NCBI GenBank assembly: GCA_963663405.2
Contig: CAXXSM010000076.1
Location: 96,001-160,000 of the forward strand
Direction of reading: 5' to 3'
DNA length: 64,000 bases
Source of the DNA: a bacterium
Lineage (GTDB): Bacteria > Hinthialibacterota > Hinthialibacteria > Hinthialibacterales > Hinthialibacteraceae
Numbering within the stretch: the stretch's first letter is position 1; each line of letters opens with the position of its first letter. The notes below the pieces were generated by a model. That model made no database searches. It was not told the origin of the DNA and was given only the letters and a program-made list of their open reading frames with translations. The translations under genes and the position numbers were made by a program. Positions 40,451-49,887 of the stretch are shown piece by piece.

Positions 40451-41848
40451 ATGCGAATGCTTCCTTGTCTCTTATTCATTCTATTCATGATTTTCTGTAT
40501 CCCGTGTTTAGCACAGGAAACGATTATTGTCCGGCCTATTGAGATCGATGATGTCTTGATCAATCCGGGAATCGGTTTTATGACCTTCCAGCGTTTTAAT
40601 GGGGATAAACTGAATGAAGGGAAACGATGGACGGAAGGATTTCCGATTGAGTATCAGGATTTTGATGGGAATCTGGAGAATGAGAATCACCCGATGACTT
40701 CACTCGCTTATTTCCGGATTTATTGGAAATTCATCGAACCGGAGCGGGATGAATACAATTGGGAACTGATCGACAAAGCTCTTGAGACCGCCGCCGCACG
40801 CGGTCAGACGTTGTTGCTGCGTATTGCGCCCTATGGCACGGGGCCGGAGCGGGACGTTCCTGATTGGTATCGGGATATGGTGGGGGAACGGAAGGAACTG
40901 CCTGTAGAGAAATGGCAGGTCGATCCAGAAGATCCTCGCTATGTGGAGCATTTTTGCGATCTGATCCGTGATTTGGGGGAACGGTATGATGGACATCCCA
41001 GTTTGGAGAGCGTCGATCTTTCGATTGTCGGCGCCTGGGGGGAAGGCGCGGGATCGGAACGGTTGACAGAGAAAACACGGGAAGCGCTTGTGGACAGTTA
41101 TCTCGAAGCCTTCCCCAATACACACTTGCTCATGCTGTTGACCGATCCCAAAACGAATGGCTACGGTCTCTCGAAACGGAATGTGGGATTGCGGTTTGAC
41201 TGTTTGGGGGATATGGGGGGATTCAGTCCTACTTGGTGTCATATGTATGACATGTATCCACAGGATATTATTAAATGTGGATTCCGCGACGCATGGAAAA
41301 CGGCGCCGGTCAGTTTGGAAGTCTGCTGGGTGATGAGGCATTGGAAAGATCAGGGCTGGGATGTTGATTACATCATCGACCAATCCCTTAAATGGCATAT
41401 CTCTTCTTTCAACTCCAAATCATCCCCTGTTCCTAAAGAATGGGAGCCCCATGTTGACCGGTGGCTGAAAAAAATGGGGTATCGCTATGTCTTGCGGAAA
41501 TTTACCTATCCTTCCATTGTGAAACCGAATGGAAAACTTACATTTACATCCTGGTGGGAAAACAAGGGAGTCGCTCCCTGCTACCATCCGTTTCCTCTCG
41601 CGCTGCGGCTGAATAGCGAAAATGAGAAAGCCATACTGCTTTTAGCCGCTGATATTCGAGAATGGCTTCCTGGCGATAATCTGTGTGACAGTTCCGTCGT
41701 TGTTCCAGAGTATCTTTCCGAAGGGGAATACCAGCTTGAGATCGCTATACTGGACACACTCACGCATACGCCGAATGTCAAACTTGCGATTGAGGGAAGG
41801 CGTCCGGATGGGTGGTATCCATTGGGGGGGATTCGGGTGAAGAAATAA
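40451..41848 (+). CDS. Secreted DUF4832-type / GH42-like TIM-barrel protein
   Basis: Signal peptide, LINPGIGF, YFRIYWKFIEPE..YNW, GAWGEG, KMGYRY and WENKGVAP. Confidence 0.75.
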   Translation: MRMLPCLLFILFMIFCIPCLAQETIIVRPIEIDDVLINPGIGFMTFQRFNGDKLNEGKRWTEGFPIEYQDFDGNLENENHPMTSLAYFRIYWKFIEPERDEYNWELIDKALETAAARGQTLLLRIAPYGTGPERDVPDWYRDMVGERKELPVEKWQVDPEDPRYVEHFCDLIRDLGERYDGHPSLESVDLSIVGAWGEGAGSERLTEKTREALVDSYLEAFPNTHLLMLLTDPKTNGYGLSKRNVGLRFDCLGDMGGFSPTWCHMYDMYPQDIIKCGFRDAWKTAPVSLEVCWVMRHWKDQGWDVDYIIDQSLKWHISSFNSKSSPVPKEWEPHVDRWLKKMGYRYVLRKFTYPSIVKPNGKLTFTSWWENKGVAPCYHPFPLALRLNSENEKAILLLAADIREWLPGDNLCDSSVVVPEYLSEGEYQLEIAILDTLTHTPNVKLAIEGRRPDGWYPLGGIRVKK

Positions 41849-41859
41849 TAGTAGTTCTA

Positions 41860-42681
41860 TCAATCTTGGCGTAACGACTGTATCGCTTCTTGAATGGATA
41901 CTCCACATTTTTTACCATTGATAAAGTGGTGAATGGTTGTATACCCCACATCGAGTAAGAGCTGAAACGCTTCCTGAAAATCCGCGCCTGCGCGGGAAGG
42001 ATCGTGCGCGTCGGAGCCAACGACGACAGGGATTCCCCTTATTTTCATCTCGTTTAGAAATTCGATACCCGGATTCATTTCCGGAATGATTTTATTTAAT
42101 CCCGATGTGTTTAATTCCAAGGCTGCGCCTGTCTTTGCGATTCGGTCTAAACTGCGCTTAATACTATCCATCGATTTTTGAATATCCCATGATTCGGGTA
42201 TCGCCAATTTAACAACATCCGGATGAGCGAGCGCATGAAAGAGGCCGGATTCAGCGGCGGAGGCGAGATGATCAAAATAAATGCGTTCAAACTCGCGGAC
42301 GTCTCCTTGGTAGAATCGGTCGATGTAATCCGGGATATGGGCGTGCACGGAGCCAAGAATATAATGAAATGGGGCTTTTGTGTGTAATTCTGTCAACCAG
42401 CCCTCCATCTCGGGCAGATAGTCGCTTTCGAGACCGAGTAATATATCCAAACGGCCCGCCCATCGATCGCGCGCGTCTTGGACGAGAGAGAGATAGGCGC
42501 CGAACTGATCCATTTTCATCCGCGTGCTGGGGGACCAACCAGTGGGAATCGGATTGTGGCATGTGATAATGATCCCTTTCAAATCCCGCCTTTCAGCGGT
42601 GGAGGCGTATTCATCTATACTTCCAACCGCATGGTTGCATAAGGGAGTATGGATGTGACTGTCGTAGACAATTCGGTTCAT
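41860..42681 (-). CDS. Histidinol-phosphatase HisJ-family PHP protein
   Basis: DSHIHTPLCNHA, TCHNP, GLESDY, LGSVH, AHPD, ELNTSG and GSDAH. Confidence 0.88.
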   Translation of the reverse strand: MNRIVYDSHIHTPLCNHAVGSIDEYASTAERRDLKGIIITCHNPIPTGWSPSTRMKMDQFGAYLSLVQDARDRWAGRLDILLGLESDYLPEMEGWLTELHTKAPFHYILGSVHAHIPDYIDRFYQGDVREFERIYFDHLASAAESGLFHALAHPDVVKLAIPESWDIQKSMDSIKRSLDRIAKTGAALELNTSGLNKIIPEMNPGIEFLNEMKIRGIPVVVGSDAHDPSRAGADFQEAFQLLLDVGYTTIHHFINGKKCGVSIQEAIQSLRQD

Positions 42682-42900
42682 TAGTGTGGAAACCGCTCCT
42701 CTCAACCTTTTCATACATACTAAATAGTGACATAGAAAGAATAGCAATATCTTCAAGAAAACGGACGGGGTAAGGTTTTGTAAAGAATCACAGTTTGATA
42801 AAAACCATAATCTTGATAAAACGTTGATGTTAGCGGGCTGTAAGAAATGATGTGATTTTGTGTATGAAATAGATCGATTGATATGCGCGCTTAATGATCG

Positions 42901-44394
42901 TTATTGGTTTTTTTGAACGACTTGTATATTCGTTAATCGAAGCATGTTCTTACGCTCACCAGTTTCGGGATCAAGGCCGTTTCGGAGGCCGAATCCATAG
43001 AGCAGTTCACCGGGAGCCACTTCTGCTATCCATGTGTATCCGGAGTAGCGTTCAGGATGAACGCTGGTGTGATCCGTCCAGGTTTTGCCTTGATCCGCGC
43101 TGAACATGATCTTCGCGCCCGGCCGTCCGTAGCTACAAGCCAGCACTCCATTCGACATGACCACAAGGCATGGATAGACGCCGTCGATCCCGGTCCGGTG
43201 AGGACCATCCCATGTGAGGCCCTGGTCTTTGCTGTAAAAGATACATAGTGGATTATCTTTCCATTTTTGCGAATCACTGCCGGAACGGATGGCGGCGATG
43301 AGGGTACCGTTTTCAAGTTTCTTCAACGATCCCTCGTTCCATCCTTCGCTGCCCCAGTTGGGTTCATAGGCGATGGTGGAATAGTATTTCCATGTCTGCC
43401 CGTTGTCCGTCGAGCGAGTGAGGAAACTGCGGCGGTAATTCTGACCGTGCACAGGAGATTCTTTTGTGTCGGTGTCAAACCATCCACACATCAACGCCAG
43501 GAGAGAACCGTCGTCGATCTCTACGATTGAGCGCATGAATAATGGGCCAGGATGATAGGCGTGGCCGTGGGAACCGACAGCGTGGGGTACAGTAAACGGG
43601 CATTCAAACGGATCTTTGATGGTTTGACCGTTGTCATCGCTGGTGTACCGTTGACCGATGAATGCGCCTTTTTCTCCTTCTTTTGGCAATGTGCGGTACG
43701 CGAGACCGAGCAGCGAACTATCAGTAAATTCGTGTGATATCATGGCGGATTGAGAATGTCCTTTTCCCCACAACAGCGAGTCGTTCGTATAAGGTTTCCA
43801 TGTGTATCCTTTATCATCCGAATATTTTCCATCGCTGATAACACGTCCACTTGATGTGACAAACATGGTGTTGAAATGCGTTCCCTCGGCGAAGTAACGA
43901 TCCGGCTCGATCGAAATCGCTAGATGATCTTTTGGATCTTGCACTTTGATGGCGAAGTCGCGGTAATCTAGCGCGGGATGATCAGGGCCTTTGTGGATGG
44001 CGCTGGGTTCGATTGTAAAATTATGGATTCCACTTGGCCAATCCTTTGTGCTGATTTGTATGCGTAGTTTCCCCGCTTCTGGATCTAGATCGTTTTGTCC
44101 ATTGTCTTCAATCATTCCATTGGGGCCGTAATAGGCTTGCTGGTTCTCTTCATGGAACTGAAATCCAGGAAGGGTTTCTTCTTTTAGAATTGTGTAGGGA
44201 TGATGAATTGTCCAATTTTTAATATCAGAAAAGGATGTGTGAATGGAGATGGTTATGGGCTGTCCTTGTTTGACGGATAGCGGTTCGACAGAAAAATGGG
44301 TATAGATTCCTGTATGAGGAGTTTGCGCTTGAGCGGCGCCGGTTAGGATTAAAATGGATAGAGTGATAAATTTGCATTGTAGGGGAAAACGCAT
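42901..44394 (-). CDS. Secreted BNR/Asp-box (sialidase-like) protein
   Basis: Signal peptide and Asp-boxes SDDKGYTW, SDDNGQT, STDNGQTW, SKDQGLTW, SADQGKTW. Confidence 0.82.
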   Translation of the reverse strand: MRFPLQCKFITLSILILTGAAQAQTPHTGIYTHFSVEPLSVKQGQPITISIHTSFSDIKNWTIHHPYTILKEETLPGFQFHEENQQAYYGPNGMIEDNGQNDLDPEAGKLRIQISTKDWPSGIHNFTIEPSAIHKGPDHPALDYRDFAIKVQDPKDHLAISIEPDRYFAEGTHFNTMFVTSSGRVISDGKYSDDKGYTWKPYTNDSLLWGKGHSQSAMISHEFTDSSLLGLAYRTLPKEGEKGAFIGQRYTSDDNGQTIKDPFECPFTVPHAVGSHGHAYHPGPLFMRSIVEIDDGSLLALMCGWFDTDTKESPVHGQNYRRSFLTRSTDNGQTWKYYSTIAYEPNWGSEGWNEGSLKKLENGTLIAAIRSGSDSQKWKDNPLCIFYSKDQGLTWDGPHRTGIDGVYPCLVVMSNGVLACSYGRPGAKIMFSADQGKTWTDHTSVHPERYSGYTWIAEVAPGELLYGFGLRNGLDPETGERKNMLRLTNIQVVQKNQ

Positions 44395-44418
44395 ATTTGG
44401 TCTCCTATATGTTATTAT

Positions 44419-45297
44419 TCATTGATAGCATTGCGCATTCTTGTTGACGCTGACGGAAGAAAAACTTTCGTGAAAGAAATCCACGACTAAAGGAAGCGAT
44501 TCTTCCACAATACTGAATGTATGCGAACCTTCAAAGACCTTGTATTGATGGGGGATATCCAATTCAGTGAGTTTTTCATGAAAATGTTCGTTCATGGTGA
44601 AGTCAAAGGCTTGATCCGCTGTTGTCAGAAACAGACACATGGATTTTAAGTTGGCGGCGAGTGGAAGGGGATTGAACGATTCTTGTTGTTCTTGCGTAGT
44701 CCCAAAAATGGAAGGAACGCTGTGGTTTTGTTCCGTGGGGAGAGAAAAATTGGGGAAATCGAGCAATCCCAAAATCGCAGCGGCGGCTATGAACCTGTTT
44801 GCGTGTCGTTCCGCGTATCGAATCGCTCCAAAGCCGCCCATTGACCAACCTGTGATCCCCCGCTGTTTAGATAACTTGCTGATATTCAGATGTTTTTCGG
44901 AGACTTGGATTACTTCGTCAATGAATGTTTCGAATTGGCTTTGCGCTGAGACGGGACTATCGATCCACCACCCGTTTTCCCCATAGGGCATTATCGTTAC
45001 GAAACGGGCTGCCAATAAAGTCTCGCGTGTGGTTTCAAAATCGGTGAGTGAAAAATGGTTGCGTCCCGCGCCGTGAAGAAGGTACACCACCGGCCAGGGA
45101 GCGCCGGTATCGGAGTACTCTTTTGGAACGACCGCGGTGAATGATGTTAATTTGTTTAACGCGGGGCTTTGGATCCGATAATGGAAGATTTGATCATGGA
45201 TTGCCCGCATGTTGGTCACTTCGGGCTCATCGCAAACGGCTATCGTAGAGAAAATCATCCCCATCCAGATTCCCATGCTCCGATGGATTGCTCTCAT
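44419..45297 (-). CDS. Secreted alpha/beta-hydrolase esterase (CE1/tributyrin esterase-like)
   Basis: PVVYLLHG, nucleophile elbow GWSMGG, catalytic His in GSHTF. Confidence 0.88.
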   Translation of the reverse strand: MRAIHRSMGIWMGMIFSTIAVCDEPEVTNMRAIHDQIFHYRIQSPALNKLTSFTAVVPKEYSDTGAPWPVVYLLHGAGRNHFSLTDFETTRETLLAARFVTIMPYGENGWWIDSPVSAQSQFETFIDEVIQVSEKHLNISKLSKQRGITGWSMGGFGAIRYAERHANRFIAAAAILGLLDFPNFSLPTEQNHSVPSIFGTTQEQQESFNPLPLAANLKSMCLFLTTADQAFDFTMNEHFHEKLTELDIPHQYKVFEGSHTFSIVEESLPLVVDFFHESFSSVSVNKNAQCYQ

Positions 45298-45425
45298 GAC
45301 TTTTTCTCCATAAAATATGGTTAGAAACATGATTATTAGTATTCCTATACTAGAGTAATTAATGATTGAAGTAAAGATATATAGGAATATAATTTTTTTA
45401 ATTTTTGGGGTATTGTTAAATCTAT

Positions 45426-45439
45426 ATAATACGTATACT
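45426..45439. promoter_or_regulatory. LacI-type operator overlapping the -10 box (TATAAT 45425-45430) of the aldolase gene
   Basis: ATAATACGTATACT, identical to the site at 47065-47078. Confidence 0.7.
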
Positions 45440-45468
45440 ATTCGCTAAACTTCATATAGAGAGGCGTT

Positions 45469-46263
45469 ATGAAATCATTGCCGAATAATCGTGTATTGGA
45501 AACACTTCGAAGCGGGAAGATTGTTTTTTCCTGCAGCTTGACTCCAGTCTGTGATCCTAAAATCGCTGAATTGATTGGGCTGGTTGGATTCGATTGTCTT
45601 TGGATCGATATGGAACATCAGGATTTCGATTATCAAAGCGTATTTAACGCCTGCCTGGCTTGCCGGGCGACAGGGATGGAGCCGATGGTGCGTATCCGGC
45701 GGGAGGGGCGTCATTCCTGTTTCCGGGGATTCGAAGTAGGGGGGACGGGGATCATGGTTCCGCATTGTATGGGGGAGGTGGACGCCAAAACGATTGTGAA
45801 AGAGGCGCGGTTTTCTCCTATGGGTTTGCGTGGCATGGATGGTGTTGAGGTGAGCGCCCGCTATGGGATGACGCCGATGGAGGAGTATATCGAATGGGCC
45901 AACCGGGAAACGTTCATCGTTGTTCAGATCGAGGACCGGGAAGCGGTGGATGAGATTGACTCGATCGCCGCCGTGGAGGGAATCGATATTCTTTTTATCG
46001 GTCCGGGAGATCTGAGTCAGAGTTATGGACGGCCTGGGCAGTGGGATTGTCCAGAGATCCAACGCGCGTTTGAGCAGGTCGCCCAAGCGGCAAAGGAACA
46101 TGGAAAATATTGGGGCGCGCCGGGAGGCAATCCGGAACGAGCGCGGACATTGATTGAAATGGGTGCCCGTTTTCTGAACACCACATCATTGAGCGGTATT
46201 ATGCGGAAGGGATTTCAAGACGCGTTTGAATCTTTTGACGCTGTGCGGCGGGAATTTGGTTAA
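45469..46263 (+). CDS. HpcH/HpaI aldolase family protein
   Basis: GFDCLWIDMEH, RFSPMGLRG, VQIE and FIGPGDLS. Confidence 0.92.
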   Translation: MKSLPNNRVLETLRSGKIVFSCSLTPVCDPKIAELIGLVGFDCLWIDMEHQDFDYQSVFNACLACRATGMEPMVRIRREGRHSCFRGFEVGGTGIMVPHCMGEVDAKTIVKEARFSPMGLRGMDGVEVSARYGMTPMEEYIEWANRETFIVVQIEDREAVDEIDSIAAVEGIDILFIGPGDLSQSYGRPGQWDCPEIQRAFEQVAQAAKEHGKYWGAPGGNPERARTLIEMGARFLNTTSLSGIMRKGFQDAFESFDAVRREFG

Positions 46264-46289
46264 TCACGCATGATGAATACTATCCATTG

Positions 46290-46832
46290 TTAAAATCCCA
46301 GTTCGTAAATATCCCCGATGCTTACCAAACCATTCGAGCTGTCATATTCCATATGAATACCAAGCGCTCCTTCCGCTGTGCTGGGTTCGTATAATCCATT
46401 CGGGGCGGCTCCTAATAAGATATACGTTCCTTTGGCGTCGCGTACGCGTGGCATATGATCAAATTCTCCTCCATCCCGTTTTCCATCCGCTACATCAATC
46501 GGCCAATAGGGGTAGACATCTCCATCCCGATCCGTGAGTCCTTTGGGGCGGAACGGATCGTAGGGGATTGAGGAGAGGTAGGGAGTGGGTGTGGTGAGGC
46601 GGATCAGGCGGGTTAAGCGTCCTGAAATGCCTGGTGAGTAGGACGGGTATTCGTTGTTATCGAGCCGATATTGCGCCAATCCCATTTTGATGGCGCGCAT
46701 GTCGGATACGCTCCGGGCGACTTTAGCGCGGATTTGCGCGTTCAGAAAATTGGGGACGGCGATCGCCGCCAGAATCCCAATAATAGCCACGACAATCAGA
46801 AGTTCGATCAATGTGAATCCGTTTGCTTTCAT
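46290..46832 (-). CDS. Pilin-like protein (paralog 6)
   Basis: Start reassigned to MKANG|FTLIELL (AGGTG SD). LTTPTPYLSSIPYDPF and YDSSNGLVSIGD. Confidence 0.93.
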   Translation of the reverse strand: MKANGFTLIELLIVVAIIGILAAIAVPNFLNAQIRAKVARSVSDMRAIKMGLAQYRLDNNEYPSYSPGISGRLTRLIRLTTPTPYLSSIPYDPFRPKGLTDRDGDVYPYWPIDVADGKRDGGEFDHMPRVRDAKGTYILLGAAPNGLYEPSTAEGALGIHMEYDSSNGLVSIGDIYELGF

Positions 46833-46864
46833 GTTTTCACCTGATAGTGTACCGGGATCGAGGT

Positions 46865-46878
46865 AGTATACGTATACA
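46865..46878. promoter_or_regulatory. LacI-type operator upstream of pilin 6
   Basis: Near-perfect palindrome AGTATACGTATACA between a minus-strand TTGACA (46901-46906) and the pilin start. Weaker site TTTTAACGTATACA at 46970-46983. Confidence 0.72.
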
Positions 46879-47040
46879 TTTTTTTGTGATTTTATCCATT
46901 TGTCAAGAGAATCTATCACAATTTTATGAAGAAAATATTAAAAAAGAAATTTCTTGGGATCAATTGGTTTTTTAACGTATACATGCCTTTGTATCAGAAT
47001 TATTTTGGATATTTTATTTCCTGTTTTTGGAAAACAATGG

Positions 47041-47078
47041 TTGACGGGGTAGGCAAGAGTGTGAATAATACGTATACT
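47041..47078 (+). promoter_or_regulatory. Sigma70-like promoter with overlapping LacI-type operator
   Basis: TTGACG-17nt-AATAAT, with operator ATAATACGTATACT at 47065-47078. Confidence 0.68.
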
Positions 47079-47137
47079 AAAAATGCTTTAAATATTCTAT
47101 GAAGGACCAAATTCTATCCAGAAAGGGTGAACTCAAA

Positions 47138-48610
47138 ATGATGGGGCTGAAAAAGGGATTTGGATTGTTGATTTTAGGGCTGCTTGCCGTGAATGTTGGG
47201 CTGGCTCAAGAGTGGAGCGCCGTGTATACGGAGGATTTTGAAGCGGCCGCTGTTGGGGAGAAGCCCGAAGGCTGGACCGGTGGCGATGGGGACGATACGG
47301 ATGATGTCAGCATCTTTTGGGAGGTCTCCGATTTCGTGGGTTTTGATAACGAGCCATCCGGAACCACGCATAATCTGTCCATCGGTGACGACAGCGATCA
47401 AGGAAACGCCGTCATTGCCATGCCGTTTCCGGCGCAAACGGAAAACTTCAAATTGACGATTTACGTAGGAAACAATCGTCCAGGAAGTTCGTTTCTGCGA
47501 ATCGCTTTGGGCGATTCGGAGGATGGCGGTCTTGATGGCGCGGGAAAATTGGGAATCGGGTATTTGAATATGAACATGAATACAACAAATGGCCTGCTTC
47601 CCAACTTCAACAGCGCTGTGGATGGGATCACTCTCCCTCATGGCAATGCGGCGCTGCATAAAGTGGAATATTACGTGGCCCGGAATGAGGAGAATACCGC
47701 GTATACACTCGCCGCCGTTACGATCGATGACATTGCGGTTCTGCCCGCCACGCCAACGGAGAATGCGCGTACTCAGTTGAATCTAATGTATTTAATAACA
47801 AGCACCAGCGGGACCAATGTCGATCTCACAATTGATGATATCACCATTGAAGTGGGTGGTTCTGGAATCGAAGCGCCGCCTGATATGGAATTCACGCCAT
47901 CGGATACCGTTTATGAAGAAACCTTTGAATCCATCGATTTGAATGGTGTTCCAGAGAATTGGACGCCGGGCGATGGCGATGATTCCGATGGTTCGGTTGT
48001 GGTTTGGGGCGTGTCGGATATGACTGATTTTGAGGGAATCCCGGATGGTTCCACGAAAACGATGTATCTCCTAGATGAATTCGATAGCGGGAACATTATC
48101 GCTGAAGTGGCGATCGACGCGCAGGACGCTCCCATCCGTTTTAGTTTTTATGTGGGGACAACGGAAACCAGTGAAGGAGATGAAGACGATGATACTGTGC
48201 GCGTGGCTATGGGGGATAGCGCCGATGGAGGCATCGCATCAAGTGGAAAGGATGGGATCGGATTTTTGGATGTCACGTTCCGGCCAATCACGGGGGATCT
48301 GAAACTGGATTTTAGTAATACGGAACATCCATCCGGATTTACTGTGCCTCATGCGGATGGGCAGATGCATTTGATAGAATACGTTGTCTTCCGGAATGAG
48401 GATGGTACCGCGTATGAAATGCGCAAAGCGTTTGTTGATGGCGTCGAGGCCTATCCGTTGTCCTATGTGGAATTCCAGCGCGCACAGATCGATCTGCTTC
48501 GTTTCATCACCTATACCGGTGGATTTCATCATATTTATTTAGATGATGTGCGTGTTGAAATTGGCTCCCAGGCAAAATTGACGGAAATTGTGAATTGGAG
48601 TTTGTTCTAG
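47138..48610 (+). CDS. Secreted acidic protein with two tandem jelly-roll-like domains and C-terminal W-motif
   Basis: Signal peptide and internal duplication (VY.E.FE....P..WT.GDGDD.D...W.VSD). Ends TEIVNWSLF. Confidence 0.82.
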   Translation: MMGLKKGFGLLILGLLAVNVGLAQEWSAVYTEDFEAAAVGEKPEGWTGGDGDDTDDVSIFWEVSDFVGFDNEPSGTTHNLSIGDDSDQGNAVIAMPFPAQTENFKLTIYVGNNRPGSSFLRIALGDSEDGGLDGAGKLGIGYLNMNMNTTNGLLPNFNSAVDGITLPHGNAALHKVEYYVARNEENTAYTLAAVTIDDIAVLPATPTENARTQLNLMYLITSTSGTNVDLTIDDITIEVGGSGIEAPPDMEFTPSDTVYEETFESIDLNGVPENWTPGDGDDSDGSVVVWGVSDMTDFEGIPDGSTKTMYLLDEFDSGNIIAEVAIDAQDAPIRFSFYVGTTETSEGDEDDDTVRVAMGDSADGGIASSGKDGIGFLDVTFRPITGDLKLDFSNTEHPSGFTVPHADGQMHLIEYVVFRNEDGTAYEMRKAFVDGVEAYPLSYVEFQRAQIDLLRFITYTGGFHHIYLDDVRVEIGSQAKLTEIVNWSLF

Positions 48611-48621
48611 ACCAGCGATCC

Positions 48622-48650
48622 GGGAGGAGAAATGGATGGCTTCTCCTTCC
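48622..48650. terminator. Hairpin between convergent genes
   Basis: GGAGGAGAA...TTCTCCTTCC inverted repeat. Confidence 0.45.
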
Positions 48651-48652
48651 GG

Positions 48653-49672
48653 TTATCCGGATTCCCGGCAGATGATTTCGCGGCTGACGAACACTTTTTG
48701 ATAGGGCGCCGGCAGTTCCTCTTCATTCAATACGGTTCCCGCTACGAAACCACAGACAGCGTCAAGGATTTCGTGAGTGAATTGTGGAACGGATGTGATG
48801 GAGGGGAGCGTATAGCGGCAGATCGGAAAATTCTGATATCCGATCACGCGCAGATGCTTGGGAACGGACAAACCCGCGTCATGCAGCGCCCGGATCGCTC
48901 CAATCGCCTGCGCGTCGGATACGCATACGATGCTGTCCGGTTTCATGTTTTGTGACAGGGCTTCGTGTGTCAACATATAACCGCCATGTTCGTCGAAATC
49001 TCCATGATTGAGAATCAGGCGGTGGATTCGTTTTGCTTTGCAGAATTGTTCGTAAGCGGCGATGCGGGCCTTGTCGACTTGGCTGGTCCAATGGCGGCCG
49101 AGGTAGAGAATGCGGCGGCAGCCGCGTTCCCATAAGTAATCAAGAGTCGCCCGGAACTGCTGTTTGTAATCGATCGTGATGGAGTGAAATTCATCCAGCA
49201 AACGTCCGATGAACAAAATGGGAATCGGCAAATGAGCCATATTTTCACGAAACCAGTCATCGCCTTGGAGAGAAGTTCCCATGATGATGCAGAGCCGGTA
49301 CGAACTCAGGCCGAGGTTGATAAAATACGTCGGATCATTTAAGAGGCGGTCTTCTTGGAGATTGTGGAAGAAGAATGAGGCTTTTGCCATACCCTCCATA
49401 GTTTGGAGCCGGTCCCGGATGCCATGATACACGAGCGGGCTTTTAAAAATATTGCAGAACATGATCCGCAATTCGGTTTTTTGCCCTTTCAATTCACGGG
49501 CCGCTTCGTTGCGAACGTAACCGAGTTCTTTGATCGAGTGTAAGATGCGGTTTTTGGTTTCCTCGGTTATGCTGAAGTTGTTGATTTCACCGTTCAAGAA
49601 ACGGGAAACCGTTGGTTGAGAAACGCCCGCGAGACGGGCGACGTCTTTCATCGTTGGTTTGTTCTTTTTCAT
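48653..49672 (-). CDS. LacI family transcriptional regulator
   Basis: TMKDVARLAGVSQPTVSRFLN HTH, ELGYVRNEAARELK hinge, SDAQAIGAIRAL..GLSVP. Confidence 0.95.
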   Translation of the reverse strand: MKKNKPTMKDVARLAGVSQPTVSRFLNGEINNFSITEETKNRILHSIKELGYVRNEAARELKGQKTELRIMFCNIFKSPLVYHGIRDRLQTMEGMAKASFFFHNLQEDRLLNDPTYFINLGLSSYRLCIIMGTSLQGDDWFRENMAHLPIPILFIGRLLDEFHSITIDYKQQFRATLDYLWERGCRRILYLGRHWTSQVDKARIAAYEQFCKAKRIHRLILNHGDFDEHGGYMLTHEALSQNMKPDSIVCVSDAQAIGAIRALHDAGLSVPKHLRVIGYQNFPICRYTLPSITSVPQFTHEILDAVCGFVAGTVLNEEELPAPYQKVFVSREIICRESG

Positions 49673-49887
49673 GATCGGCGGTTACGATGCGCTAAATGAT
49701 AATTATGCAATTGAAAATGTTGGACTGTAACGATTGAAAAATGGACAATGCGCATTGATTAAAAACAGTGTTAATAGGCTCAATGTGAAACGTGTTCTAA
49801 CGAGATCGGTTGTATCGCATTGATGAATTGAACACAGAGTTTTGAACTGGATTCAACTGGTATTCATTCTATATCCAAATATTGATT

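Noticed and set aside
44419-44460. Esterase C-terminus SSVSVNKNAQCYQ as a sixth W-tag
   Set aside because: It has the Ser/Val lead-in and a near-terminal Tyr but lacks the invariant Trp and the spacing, so it was not counted. It could be a degenerate variant.
1-46832. Pilin diversification by a diversity-generating retroelement, shufflon or silent-cassette gene conversion
   Set aside because: No reverse transcriptase, recombinase or template/variable repeat pair is present. The copies have their own starts and differ at synonymous sites in the conserved 5' block, and differences between paralogs 4 and 5 are not adenine-specific.
49673-49887. Operator between lacI and the FAD oxidoreductase gene
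   Set aside because: No convincing copy of the palindrome was seen, so membership of the oxidoreductase/symporter operon in the regulon rests on proximity only.
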